Of a stretch of DNA of 64,000 nucleotides, positions 51,466-64,000 are shown in pieces (the first letter of the stretch is position 1; the number at the start of each line of letters is the position of its first letter). The notes beneath the pieces were generated by a model. That model was not told the origin of the DNA, made no database searches, and saw only the letters and a program-made list of their open reading frames with translations. Origin of the DNA: Perna viridis (Eukaryota). Made by a program: the position numbers and the translations under genes. Location of the stretch: positions 27,058,103 through 27,122,102 of the forward strand of contig CM074519.1 of assembly GCA_037379345.1 (NCBI GenBank), in the 5' to 3' direction.

Positions 51466-53482
51466 TTAATCTTTCTTTACATATTGTACTTTTTGACCAG
51501 GATGATACCTATGAATGTGAGGTGCAACCTCATTCATTGACAAAGGAACCTGATTTGGACAATACGGACATTTCAATGGTCTTTGGTCCACAGGCATAGG
51601 TCCAGGGTGTTGAGCATAAGGACCCTGGTGTTGTTGATAAGGTGGGGGTGGCCGGTACGGCATCTGGTTGAACATCCCAGGTCTTGTATAAGCTCCAGGA
51701 TTGAACCCCACAGTTTTTTGTGCTCCACTCTGAACTTGAGAAAATGGGGCTGATCCTCGTTGCGGAGCTCGCAACTGAGGTTGCAAATTAAATATTTGGA
51801 ATGCATCTGGTGGAATATCGTCAACATCTTCATTATTGTCTTGTTGACTGTTTGGTGTAGAGTTCCTTGACAAATCTAATGGTGCTCTATCTGATACGGC
51901 ACCATCACTGTGACCTGGGGATGTTGCAGCACGGCGGAAGTTCACTGACGGTACTTTGAGTACAGGTCTACCTTGTGGTGGTGGAGAGACAGCACTTGAT
52001 AAAATTTGTCCTTGTGGATGAAGTCTCTGGACTTTTTCAGTCATAGAAAAGTTAGTACTCCTAATAGAAGCAGGAGAGGAAGACAGAACCATTGATGCCT
52101 GTGATGAATTCCCCTGGAATCTGATGAGGGGAGGAGGTCCCCTCATTAAAGGAGGGGGAGTTGTTACCTTTTTACCATCTTCAGGGTGATGTTGTATGGT
52201 GTGGGGAGAGTGAGATGAACTTTGCTGAGGAATATGAACAGGTCGGTAAGATTTCCTTGTAGATGCCTTATTAACTGGGGGATTTTGAGGTGGTGGTGGC
52301 GGTGGCGGTGGCGGTGGTGTTGGCCGAGGAGCAGTGTGTTGTGGTTGCTCTGGTAATGATGCTGGAACAGGTGCTGGCATTCTGATTGGTTGATTTGGTA
52401 TCATGCCAGGGAAAACTGGCTGCATTGGCTGATGTACAGAATGAACAGGTATTGATTGAATTGTTTGTTGAACTTGCTGTATAGGTCTGTGCTGAAACAC
52501 AGGAAATCTTTGGCGTATTTCTGGTGCTGTTTGAATTCCTTGTGGAGGTTGCCGAACTAAATTTGTTGCTGTAGACAAGGTAGGAGGTATTTGTTTTTGT
52601 AACTGTCCTTTATTTTGTGACGATTTATCCTTTGTCATGCACATTACACGGGTGAATAAATTTTCTTCTATGGCTAAAGAAAGAATTATATTGTCAGTAT
52701 TTTTGTTATGAACAGTTTTTATGTGGTTATAGACAACCTCTTCTTCCTTGGCACGGAATCGTTTACAATCTGGACATACATAAACAAACACTTCATTATG
52801 TTCTTTTTCTAAATGTTCATAAATATACTCTAAAGATGGCATGTGTCTCTTACACTTTAAGCACTTGTAAATGTCTCTCTCTATCAAATATTTCCCATTC
52901 ACTTTGGGCGTATCTCCGATAGGCACTTCAATTGTTCGTAAATGTTGCTTAGCATCACTGGACAAAGCAACCGGTGGACTTCGTGTATCAGGTGACGGAT
53001 GAAATTGTTTGATATGCTTATGAATGTCTGGCTCGGTTGCTCCTTCATATTGTCGACAAAATGGACAGAGAAATAATCGAGGAATTTCTCTGTGACTACT
53101 CCTTAAATGTTCAACCATTTGTGACAACACTGGTGCATGAACGTTACATTTTTCACACTTGTAAGTTTGACATGTTTCCTTCATTTTCGTTGGATCAGCT
53201 TTACTAGCACCTGACGGCATGGGCAGAATAGGGCGTTTAGATTGTAAATGTTGCTGTACAGTCGTTGACGGAATCAGATTAGGAGGCCTTTGTATGACCT
53301 GCATCGGTAAAGCGATGTTGAAAGATACCGCAGGCAATGCTGGTTTGCTTACAGTTGGCGTCTCTCCCCACACATTTTTGGCGAAGTCACTTCCTCCTTG
53401 CAGACTACACACATCCACTATTTTAAGTCCCATGTCATTTCCTGCACTGTCATCAGCAAGCTGATTGGATTTTGGTTCAGAA
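51466..53482 (-). CDS. Terminal coding exon of a large C2H2 zinc-finger protein with Pro/Gln-rich region
   Basis: Open frame of ~670 codons with CEKC..H..SH, CPFC..H..FHP, CLKC..H..EH, CPDC..H..VH and a terminal CPYC..H..YHP. Pyrimidine-rich acceptor ttttgtttccatttgtag ends at 53483 (phase 2). Confidence 0.92.
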
Positions 53483-56400
53483 CTACAAATGGAAACAAAA
53501 TTCAATTAAGTTCTTCTCCATCTAGGAATTAGGCAAAATGTGTATACGATGTGGCACATGAAGGAAAAAACGCAGATATTTTATTGCATTAACTGAGTAT
53601 TTACACTTGATTACCTCCAGATTTAACCATCAAAGTGTATATAAAATTTGCCTTTTTAAGGTACTGATAGCTCAAATTTAGTTAAAATGCACTATGGCAA
53701 AATGGTGGGAAAATTTTGGTACTTTTTCATTATATAAGCAGTCAAAAAATACCGACGTCACAGATGCTCCAGGATAAATTTAAATAGCTTCTCAGTTGCT
53801 TTCTAGATTTACTGAATATATTTCAGGCAAAAAAGTTCAAATTGAGAAATATGATGTGCCACCCATTGCCTGATTCTTAGACATAATGGTACTTAAGTAT
53901 CACAAGAACAAAAAATTTATGTATTTACAATCCTGAACATGCTTCCCCTTTTTCATCTCACTTTTTTAAACGTTTGTGGTACATGTAGTTGGTGAGAGCC
54001 TGAATTACTAGCTAAAAATACTAACCACCAAATTCAATAGTGTCCAACAACAATGTGGATCAGTGATCAGGTAGATGTTAAATTAACTATCATAACATTT
54101 GTTAACATAAATATCTTGAAGATTTTATAGTACTTGTGATAGCATGTAGTGCTAAAAAACGGCTAAGGTCAACAGGTTGAAATTCATAATACAAATGTCA
54201 AATTTGTCAAATAAAAGTAGATGCACATTGTTAAATATGTACATGAACTAAAACATTGTATAAAGTCTGAATTATATTGGTGCTATCCTTTTTGAATTTC
54301 AGATTTACAGAAAATATGTACTGTACACAATAGTGATGGATAAAGACTAAATTTAACATGCTTAAAATGTAGGAAAATACTGTCTACTTTTCCCATTGAA
54401 GAGATACATGTACATGTATGTTCATAAACACTGGACAAAGTTTGAATAATGTTGGTTCAATATTATTTGAGTTACAGATCACATTAAGTACAAATGTACA
54501 TACTGTATAGATACCCCGGAGCATGACAGACAAACCAACAGATAGATGGATGGATAGATCTGAGCTGCTAACTGACCTGCTTTCACCACAGATAATGTAG
54601 ACAATTTTTTTTTTTTAAATATACATGTATATATTTATACACAGTTAGATTTACATGTTGGAAAATCCATTTAAGAGTTTTCTGTTGAAATGGGATAAAG
54701 GTAAATTGTCAACCCTTATCTGACCAACTGGCAAACAGGGTACAAAATTAAAAAAAATAAACACAGATTTAGCATACATGTATCAACACTAAGTCTTCCC
54801 CTTCAAATTGAAATTTGAAGAATTTGGAACCTATATGTAATTCTTTTCAGGTTATGGCCCAACTTCAAATTTTCTGAGAGATCATTTCAATTAAATGTAT
54901 AAAGGTAAATGAAAGTCTAGAAACCAAATGTTTAAATTATGTAAATGGCAAGAATAACTACAACATTGCCCCTAACATTATACAACCACAATTTTTGTTT
55001 CAGTCAAATAAAAAAAAAAAACCAAACCAATTACATGTCTGGATTTGTTTGAAGATCATATATTATCAGCACATAAATTTCTTTAATTTATGTGTTTTCA
55101 CTGACATGGAAGAAGATAAATAACTATAGTGTAGGTTACAAATTGAAGTAAAGTATGTACACTGCTGAAAAATGAAACAATTCATTGTAAATTTTATCAA
55201 ATTTCTCCATAATAGTACAGGTACATGTAGGTGTACAAAAAAACCCTGAAAAGTATGAATAATATTCATACTATTCTTTTTGAATAACAGATTTAACTAA
55301 GTACCCAAAAATATGGCAAAGTTAAACATGCTTAAAATTGTCAATTTTCTCTTTAATTTATCAATAAAATGATCAACAGGATGCAGCTTGAGACAACCAC
55401 AAAGGTTAAATACTGAACAGGTGGGACAAGTATGGACGCATCAGTTCATTCAGACTTAATACAGTTCTGAATTCTATTTCGAATTAAATATTTGGCACAG
55501 GATATATAAGGACTTGGCAAGAATGGGAGAGGCTCCTTTTTTGCTGCTCACTCCCAAATGGTTCCATGCAGTCACAATCCCCAAAATCAATCCCAAACTT
55601 CCACCTAGGGGTATGGCACCTTGTAATACAATTTCAAAGAGATCTATTCAATCTTACTCAATTTATTATATGTACATTAGGAAAATGTTTGTGTCCAGCA
55701 TTCAATTTGGTCACTCATTCCTAAAAATTATAGGCTTACTATGCTTACAGCAGAAAAGTAACAGTTCAAGTCAAAGCCTTCAAATCAATCCAAGCCATTC
55801 TATCAAGAATAACACATTCTAGTATAATTTCGAAGAGATTTTCAATTCACTTGTTCTCAATTTATTGTCCAGACATTATGAAATTTGCTTATTTGGCCCC
55901 TTTTCAGCCTCTTATTCCTGAAACAATTCATTTCATAACACCCAAAATAAATGCCTTAGTGGCATGGCACCTTGTGGTACAATTTCATAAAGGCCCATTC
56001 ACAAACCATAGAAGTTTTTGTCCAAAAATCTCAATAATGCCTGCAAATACTGTTATTGACTTTTTGCACTCATAATTTTTTTAGGTATAGCACTTTGTTG
56101 TACATTATGTATATGTATCCAAAATAAAAATTATGAGTGCAAGAAGTCACAAACAATATTATCAGGCATATACCCTTACATTTACATACATGTACATGTA
56201 TATCTGCATGTATACTCCAGTTATAATCTGGACATGAAATGTCCATGGGTATAAAGACAACAACACACAACATGATACCATTATATAACTGTGGATACCA
56301 ATTTTTGTGGATTAGGGAAGAAATTCTTAAATTTGTGGCTTGAATGTTTTCAGTATGCAACATCAATGGAAATCTCCTTTTTGTTGGGAACCAAAATTTG

Positions 56401-56675
56401 TGGTTTGGCCTACCCATGAAATCCACGAAATTGGTACACCATGAACAATAGTACTTTCACAGTTATCAATGGACATCTTTATGTATATAAACTCTAGACA
56501 AAAGTTTAAATAATATGAAACATTTAATTGATTAACAATTTTTGAGTTAAAGATTTAACAGTAAAGGTAACTCTTTTAATGAAGTAAAGACAAACAGATA
56601 GAGTGAGAAATTCACCACTGGTGACACAGGTACTTGTACAATGTTATACATGTGTAAGTCTACACAGTCAAATCT

Positions 56676-56886
56676 GTCAACAAGTTTTGAATTCTCCACT
56701 CTCCACAGTGGAGATAAAATGAGTATATTAAATGGTTCTAGCAGTTACATTTTAGTAATTAACAGAAATAAATAATGAAAAGTAAAGAAATGGAGCAATT
56801 TTATCCCAGTTTTCACTTTTGCGGATTCACAGTGAAGAACGTGTGTGACTCCACTGTGAAGGGTGGAGAAATTAAAATTTTGGTTG
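56676..56886. mobile_element. MITE / foldback element
   Basis: caacaagttttgaattctccactctccacagtggag ... ctccactgtgaagggtggagaaattaaaattttggttg. Confidence 0.55.
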
Positions 56887-57099
56887 ATGGTTGTATACAT
56901 GTACATGTATTTGACAAATCATTAAGCATGAATCACTCACCTGGTCAAAAATAGTCTTATATTAAAGCTTTCTTAAAAGCTGGACTCTAAACCTTACTAT
57001 ACTATTGTCACAAGAATCATTTAATCAATACAGAGCATCTTACATGTAGTTATACATCCGGCTTTCATTTTATAAAATGAATCTCTAATTGTCAATTTA

Positions 57100-58059
57100 T
57101 TACTCTTCAAGGGCAATAACTCCAACACTGAGCAACAGATCTTTATGAAAATTTCTGCATAGGTTGGTCTCACCGTGCCAATCAATTCACCTTCCTTTAG
57201 AAAGTTAGGATAAACACTTTGGTTTTCAAGTAATTTCAACAAGTGGTCAATTTTTAATACTGGTGGCCATGTTTACAACAGATGAAAAATTGTAATAAAT
57301 ATCCTAACAAAGTTGTCTAAGAGAAGATTTAAAAAAAAAAAACCCACATCATGACCCATAACTCAATTCATTTGTCAACAGATCTGTCTGAAAATTACAG
57401 CATAGGTTAATCCCATCATGCTGAACAATCAACCCCCCCTAACAGATTTTAGCTAAACCCAACTGTTTTTGAGTAATTCGCAAAATTCTGCAATTAGACC
57501 CTATGGTCTATTTTAAGTAACGGTCGCCATGTTTTTCGCAAATTTAAAAATCTCCACACATAGATTGTTAAACATGTTCTACATAACATTCATGCAAAGT
57601 TTTGTTTAAATCCATCCTGTAGTTTTACAGGAGAAGAAGTTGAAACTGAAAAATTCGGGAATAAAATCCATTTCAGGAGCCGTAACTCATTCATTCGTTA
57701 ACAGATCTTTCTAAAAATTTTAACATTGGTCCATTCAATCATGCTGAAGAGTTTTATCCAAACCAGATTTTAGCTAAACCCAACTGTTTTTGAGTTACTT
57801 GCATAATTTTGCAATTTGATCTTTATGGTCTATTTTTAGTAACAGCCCCCATGTTTTTTGCCAGATCAAAAATGCCCCACACAAGGATTGTTAGAAATAC
57901 CATTTGTAAGGAACATTCAAACAATGTTTGGTTACAATCTATTGAGTAGTTTCGGAGAAGAAGATGTTTGAAAATGTTTACAGACGACGACGACGACGAC
58001 GACGGACACATAGTGATGGCAATAGCTCACATGGCCTATTGGTCAGGAGAACTAATAAA
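57100..58059 (-). mobile_element. Helentron/HINE-like element with ~330-bp internal tandem repeats
   Basis: (gac)n followed by gtgatggcaatagctcac at ~57983-58030 is the reverse complement of the 21339 element head. cagattttagctaaacccaactgtttttgagt is repeated at ~57443 and ~57764. Confidence 0.65.
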
Positions 58060-58899
58060 TGTACTGTATGTAAGAACATTGAATACTGCATCAATAAATT
58101 AAAATACATGAACAAGTACACTAATTCATTAATGGCAGGCACATGGAAATTCTACGGAACAAAAGGATCTGGTTAGATGATGTACATGTACGTTGTAACT
58201 TAGCTCCATGTACAAAATGTTCATGTATGCTAACATTTTCTCTTTACTTTAATTTTTTTTATTGATAATATATAAAGAAAGTACAGTATAGCTCGCAGCA
58301 TAGTTTGATAAATACCTGATATACCTCATACCTGACATCCAATGCCAGGTATTTATTGCTTATTGGCACTAAACAAGGTACCCATCCCCCAGCATCACCA
58401 GTATCCAATATACAACAGGAAATGACTTATTAACTGAACAGGTACAATGTACATGTACCGACTGGTAGTTTTACCTCTACAGTTAATTATCACACATAGG
58501 TGGCACACCTCAGTATTTTAGAATTAGTATATAAGTAGAATAAATTAAAAATAGGTCTTTTTAATAAAATTTGGGGTTTGAAATTTTTAAGTATGTGTAA
58601 TTGAAATTTCAAAAATATTTAGTTCTAGGGAATTTGTAAAAAATATATATTGTATCATGTTGGAATACCAAAATGCATGCACTTGTATTCATTTAAGATG
58701 ACCATGCACACTTTTTATGGAGGTATCAATACAACCATCATTCAGCTAATATAAACCTGCTTTGGTCCTGCAGGAGCAAGCTACATTGTATCTTAATGAA
58801 ATCCTATATGAAGCAAACCCTATATTTAAACATGGTAAATAATCCAGAAACCCATCTTAAACTACATGTAACCCTGATAAAGACTGTTGAACCTTAACT

Positions 58900-60830
58900 C
58901 TGCATAACCCATAAACCTGCCATAACAAAACCTTGCATCACCTATAAACCTTCCATAACAAAACCTTGCATAACCCATAAATCTGCCATAACAAAACCCT
59001 ACATAACCCATAAACCTGCCTTAACAAAACCGTGCATAACCCATAAACCTGCATTAACAAAACCCTGCATAACCCATAAACCTGCCATAACAAAACCTTG
59101 CATAACCCATAAACCTGCATTAACAAAACCCTGCATAACCCATAAACCTGCATTAACAAAACCCTGCATAACCCATAAACCTGCCATAACAAAACCTTGC
59201 ATAACCCATAAATCTGCCATAACGAAACCCTGCATAACCCATAAATCTGCCATAACAAAACCCAACATAACCCATAAACCTGCCTTAACAAAACCGTTCA
59301 TAACCCATAAACCTGCATTAACAAAACCCTGCATAACCCATAAACCTGCATTAACAAAACCCTGCATAACCCATAAACCTGCCATAACAAAACCTTGCAT
59401 AACCCATAAATCTGCATTAACAAAACCCTGCATAACCCATAAACTTGCCATAACAAAACCTTGCATAACCCATAAACCTGCCATAACAAAACCCTGCATA
59501 ACCCATAAACCTGCATTAACAAAACCCTGCATAACCCATAAACCTGCATTAACAAAACCCTGCATAACCCATAAACCTGCCATAACAAAACCTTGCATAA
59601 CCCATAAATCTGCCATAACGAAACCCTGCATAACCCATAAACCTGCCATAACAAAACCCTGCATAACCCATAAATCTGCCATAACAAAACCTTGCATAAC
59701 CCATATACCTGCATTAACAAAACCCTGCATAACCCATAAACCTGCATTAACAAAACCCTGCATAACCCATAAACCTGCCATAACAAAACCTTGCATAACC
59801 CATAAATCTGCCATAACGAAACCCTGCATAACCCATAAATCTGCCATAACAAAACCCAACATAACCCATAAACCTGCCTTAACAAAACCGTTCATAACCC
59901 ATAAACCTGCATTAACAAAACCCTGCATAACCCATAAACCTGCATTAACAAAACCCTGCATAACCCATAAACCTGCCATAACAAAACCTTGCATAACCCA
60001 TAAATCTGCATTAACAAAACCCTGCATAACCCATAAACCTGCCATAACAAAACCTTGCATAACCCATAAACCTGCCATAACAAAACCCTGCATAACCCAT
60101 AAACCTGCATTAACAAAACCCTGCATAACCCATAAACCTGCATTAACAAAACCCTGCATAACCCATAAACCTGCCATAACAAAACCTTGCATAACCCATA
60201 AATCTGCCATAACGAAACCCTGCATAACCCATAAACCTGCCATAACAAAACCCTGCATAACCCATAAATCTGCCATAACAAAACCTTGCATAACCCATAT
60301 ACCTGCATTAACAAAACCCTGCATAACCCATAAACCTGCATTAACAAAACCCTGCATAACCCATAAACCTGCCATAACAAAACCTTGCATAACCCATAAA
60401 TCTGCCATAACGAAACCCTGCATAACCCATAAACCTGCCATAACAAAACCCTGCATAACCCATTAACCTGCATTAACAAAACCCTGCATAACCCATAAAC
60501 CTGTGATTACAAAATCTTGCATAACCCATAAACCTGCATTGACAAAAGCCTGCATAACCCATAAACCTGCCATAACAAAACCTTGCATAACCCATAAACC
60601 TGCCATAACAAAACCCTGCATAACCCATAAACCTGTCATAACAAAACCTTGCATAACCCATAAACCTGCCATAACAAAAGCCTGCATAACTCATAAACCT
60701 GCCATAACAAAACCCTGCATAACCCATAAACCTGCCTTAACAAAATCTAGCATAACCCATAAACCTGCCTTAACAAAACCCTCCTTAAACCAGTTAAAAA
60801 CCACCCCTGCATAACCCATAAACCTGCCTT
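58900..60830. repeat. 33-bp minisatellite, ~58 units, intronic
   Basis: Unit gcataacccataaacctgccataacaaaaccct; seen as an 11-aa periodicity in the ORF track. Confidence 0.97.
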
Positions 60831-60993
60831 CGCCAAACCCTGCTAAAACCCAGAAGCACGTCTTAATCACATCCCGATTAAAAGTCTAACCCAATCTTAA
60901 ATAACCTGTAGACCTGTCTTAACCAAATTCTTGAATAAGTTTTACAGAAATCTGTCTTAACCATTGGCCAAAATAAAAAAAGATATCCTACAG

Positions 60994-61382
60994 TACACCC
61001 AGAGAGGGAGGATTCTCTTACTTTTATTCCGGTGTTCAGTGGATCACAGAGTTTTACAGAGTCCAGTCCCAAAATCCTCCAAGTAGTTTCTCCCATCTGG
61101 ATGTATTTCATTGTTTTTTGGGAGTATTTCAGAGTCACTCCAAGTATTTTATTACTTTGTGTATTGTAATCATGTTCACCTGACAGGTAAGACAGGATGT
61201 AGGTGGTACTTCAAAAGAATAATCAGGGCAATAAAAAAACTCCCTGGGAGAATTTATTGACTATTGGAGAAAGTATGCTAAGATCACTCCAGAATTTTTA
61301 TGGCATTTTGGGGAATTTCCTGGAGTCACTCCGAAAAGTGACACCAAAATGGGAGTTTGAGAATCTATACTCCCTGGGTGTA
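60994..61382. mobile_element. MITE with terminal inverted repeats
   Basis: tacacccagagagggaggattctc ... gagaatctatactccctgggtgta. Confidence 0.6.
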
Positions 61383-63474
61383 TTGTAGATACTCATTCCC
61401 TCCTGATCAAATTTTTTCACCCTCTCTCAAATTTTTTTTTTCATTTTTCCCAATTTAGGTAATTTTTTTCTCAATTGACAGCATATTTCACTTAAATTGA
61501 TAAAAAAAAAAATTAAAAAATTAAATTTGCCAGCCCGCCACCCCTAATTTTGAAAAATGTTGAAAGACAATCTAAGAATTTTAATAAACCAGTTTACCAA
61601 AACCTAAAATCTTTCTTTAAAAACCGGGAATAAACATTTAACTGGTCTCTTACCAAATCCTCAATAAGCGTTAAAAACTGTCTTAAGAACACTCGAATAC
61701 AAAAAAAAAAAGCCTGAACAAAACCACAAAATCAACCCATCTACTCAGAAACCATTATTAACCAATTAAAGTGTATATTGTATGACATCCAGTTAACAGT
61801 GGATGATTTTTTTTTTAATTTACACCTACATGTACAATGCATTTTGAACCATTGTAGACCAAACATTAACCCCTGTCTTAAATGAATAAAACTTTCATTC
61901 CAAAAGGGAATCTGTTTCACAAGTATTGCAAGTTAATTCTTACTTCAGTTCTCAACTTTATATGGCAACTCACTTATCTATGCAGGGTTTTCCCTAATTT
62001 TTGCTGAAACTGGCCAAAAACACCTATGATCACGTCAAAACTTAATAATATTGAATACAGTTGTATAGAAATCAAAGTGCTGTTAGCACTGGAGGTTTTT
62101 GATTCTTGTGAAACTTGTAGCCTGAACAAAATTTCAAAGAATACATGATGTAATCAAAAACTGTGATATTTTATTTAGAACTGTTTTCCCTAATATATAT
62201 AACTGAATGTCAATCAATACTCCAGATTTCTGAAGTATAAACTAATCAATACTGAAAGAGAATCCAATTTCAGATACATAAATACAAATTTTGTTAAATT
62301 TCATCTTTTTTCTAAATTTTTAAACCTGTCCATTAGTTAGTTTGCATTTACATTCAGTAACTAAATTAACAGTGTATATATCCTACACTGTAATTAAACT
62401 TCAACTTAACCAAATTCACCTTAAAAAATAATTTCCTTCATGAACATAAAATTTTGAAAAATCAGAGACTTTCATCAATTTGAATTTTCCTGCCAATCTT
62501 ACTTAGTTAAAATCACCGCTATTCACTTCCTGTAACATGTTTATTAATTGGTAAAATAAAAATTATAGAATGGAGATTTTTACAGATTAATGTATTAAAT
62601 GGAACACGCTCAACAAATTTATTACATCTTGACACTTTACAGCGAGAATTAAATTCCCGAGTGAAAATTTATTACTAAATACAATGTATCTTTCATGGCA
62701 AAAAGGAGTCCCAAAAAACTTCAGTTGATTTGAAGACTAGATCTTAATTTTAATTGCAAAAATATTGGAATATTATTGAGCTCAATAATTGCCAGAAACA
62801 TATTTAATGGTTATAAAAAGGCATTGAATGATATTAAAAGAATTACATTTGGACTATATTTTTGTGTAGTGTTCAGAAATAGTAGGGAAGTTCCACTGAT
62901 GAACCGACGACGGGGTATTTTGATCCTGAAGGACCAAAAACCCAAAACCCATTTTGAACAAGCCAAAAGTGTGCTTGAACCATGCAATTTGGACTCAAGT
63001 CGCTTCTTATGGAAAACCCTGTCTATATGTTTGCTATATAGCACTTGACCTACATTATCAAACTACATATACATTTGTACATTTACATGATAATAAGAAC
63101 TAAAAGTACATACATACAAGTATGCAGTACTTCCACCACAAAGAGTTGTATGACAAGTCCTCGGTTTAAATAATTACAAACTTACATGTATGTTGAAATG
63201 CTGAGTTCAACACCCAAAAGTTGAGGTCCAGTAGTTCTGTGCCTACATAATTTGAGAGAGGACTACCTTAAAATTTCTAATGATAGTCCTTTGCTCTACC
63301 TACATGTAGTTATATCTCAAAACTGTATTAAACCTTTAATAAGGGGAAAATAATTTTGATGACTACCTATTTTATGTACCAAATCATCCTGTAGGCTACC
63401 TAGGGAGACAAGTTAGTGCCACACCCTGAAATGGTAAATTATAGCAAGATGTATTGCAGAAATATCCCAATTAC

Positions 63475-64000
63475 CTGCTGTCATCAGTTTTACTTTTTCC
63501 ATTACCAGTCGACGATGCCTGGGCATACATCTGGGCTAGCTGCTCTATTCCATCAGGCTCTGACCTTTGACCCTCACTGTTGGTAGCAGGTCTTGCCGCC
63601 GAATGAACCAATTCTTCATCAGTTTCAACAGTTGTGCTGTCCGCCTCAGCACTTGTTTTTTCTGGCACTGGCTTTGAAGATTTGTCGTGATTCTTTTTAC
63701 CGGAAAATAAATCACTCATTCTATCGAATATATTTCCTTTGTCTCCATTGCTAGGTTTTTCAATTGTCTTTTTAACATCGTAAAAGTCAGGAAGACTCTT
63801 ATATGCAACAGGTTGATCAGGATGTTCATTTGAGAAATGTCGAGCGATACCTTCTCCATAGCGATTTACAGGTTTGTTACACACAGAACAAATGTACTGA
63901 ATTAGTTCTCTATGATTCTCCTCAACATGTTTACTGATCTCTTGAACATTACTTGATGAGCATTCACAATAACTACAACAATAGCAAGCTGTATTAGAGT
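63475..64000 (-). CDS. Upstream coding exon of the same zinc-finger gene (continues beyond the window)
   Basis: Open frame ..YCCSYCECSSSNVQEISKHVEENH..YICSVCNK..RHFSNEHP..KTDDS; donor AG|gtaatt at 63474 is phase 2, compatible with the 53482 acceptor. Additional small exons between the two cannot be excluded. Confidence 0.88.

Noticed and set aside
53483-53521. ORF-track start at 53505 or ATG at 53521 as the start of the zinc-finger gene
   Set aside because: The ATG is out of frame, and a strong phase-2 acceptor at 53483 matches the upstream exon's donor.
58999-60456. 485-aa hydrophobic repeat ORF and overlapping ORFs
   Set aside because: By-product of a 33-bp tandem repeat; several frames on both strands are open, and there is no unique flanking coding sequence.
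58900-60830. CRISPR-like array
   Set aside because: Head-to-tail units with no unique spacers, no cas genes, and a eukaryotic context.

Overview
AT-rich eukaryotic (spliceosomal GT-AG) DNA. The repeat families and gene content point to a bivalve mollusc, probably Mytilus-like; this is inference. Positions ~1-44,000 are an innate-immunity lectin cluster, mostly missed by the ORF track because it is split into small exons. It holds three complete six-exon fibrinogen-related-domain (FReD/FREP) genes on +, all disabled (B 14015-23470, C 26634-35667, D 37960-43620). It also holds a truncated FReD copy (A, exons 1-2 only), an orphan FReD exon-5 fragment, an open two-exon galectin domain with no first exon (7858-9069), and a decayed collagen + C-type-lectin (collectin-like) gene on -. 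Positions 1-7663 are a near-identical duplicate of 23659-31371. The breakpoint falls inside a Penelope-like repeat and places the FReD signal-peptide/linker exons in splice phase with the galectin exons, although exon 1 carries a stop codon. Positions ~47,000-64,000 hold the 3' part of an intact C2H2 zinc-finger gene on -, visibly CpG-poor, whose ~10 kb intron contains a 33-bp minisatellite with a 594-bp higher-order repeat. hAT, LINE ORF1, Penelope-like, Helentron-like, SINE and MITE relics are interspersed. All exon models were built by eye from splice sites and cross-paralog alignment; no database searches were run.
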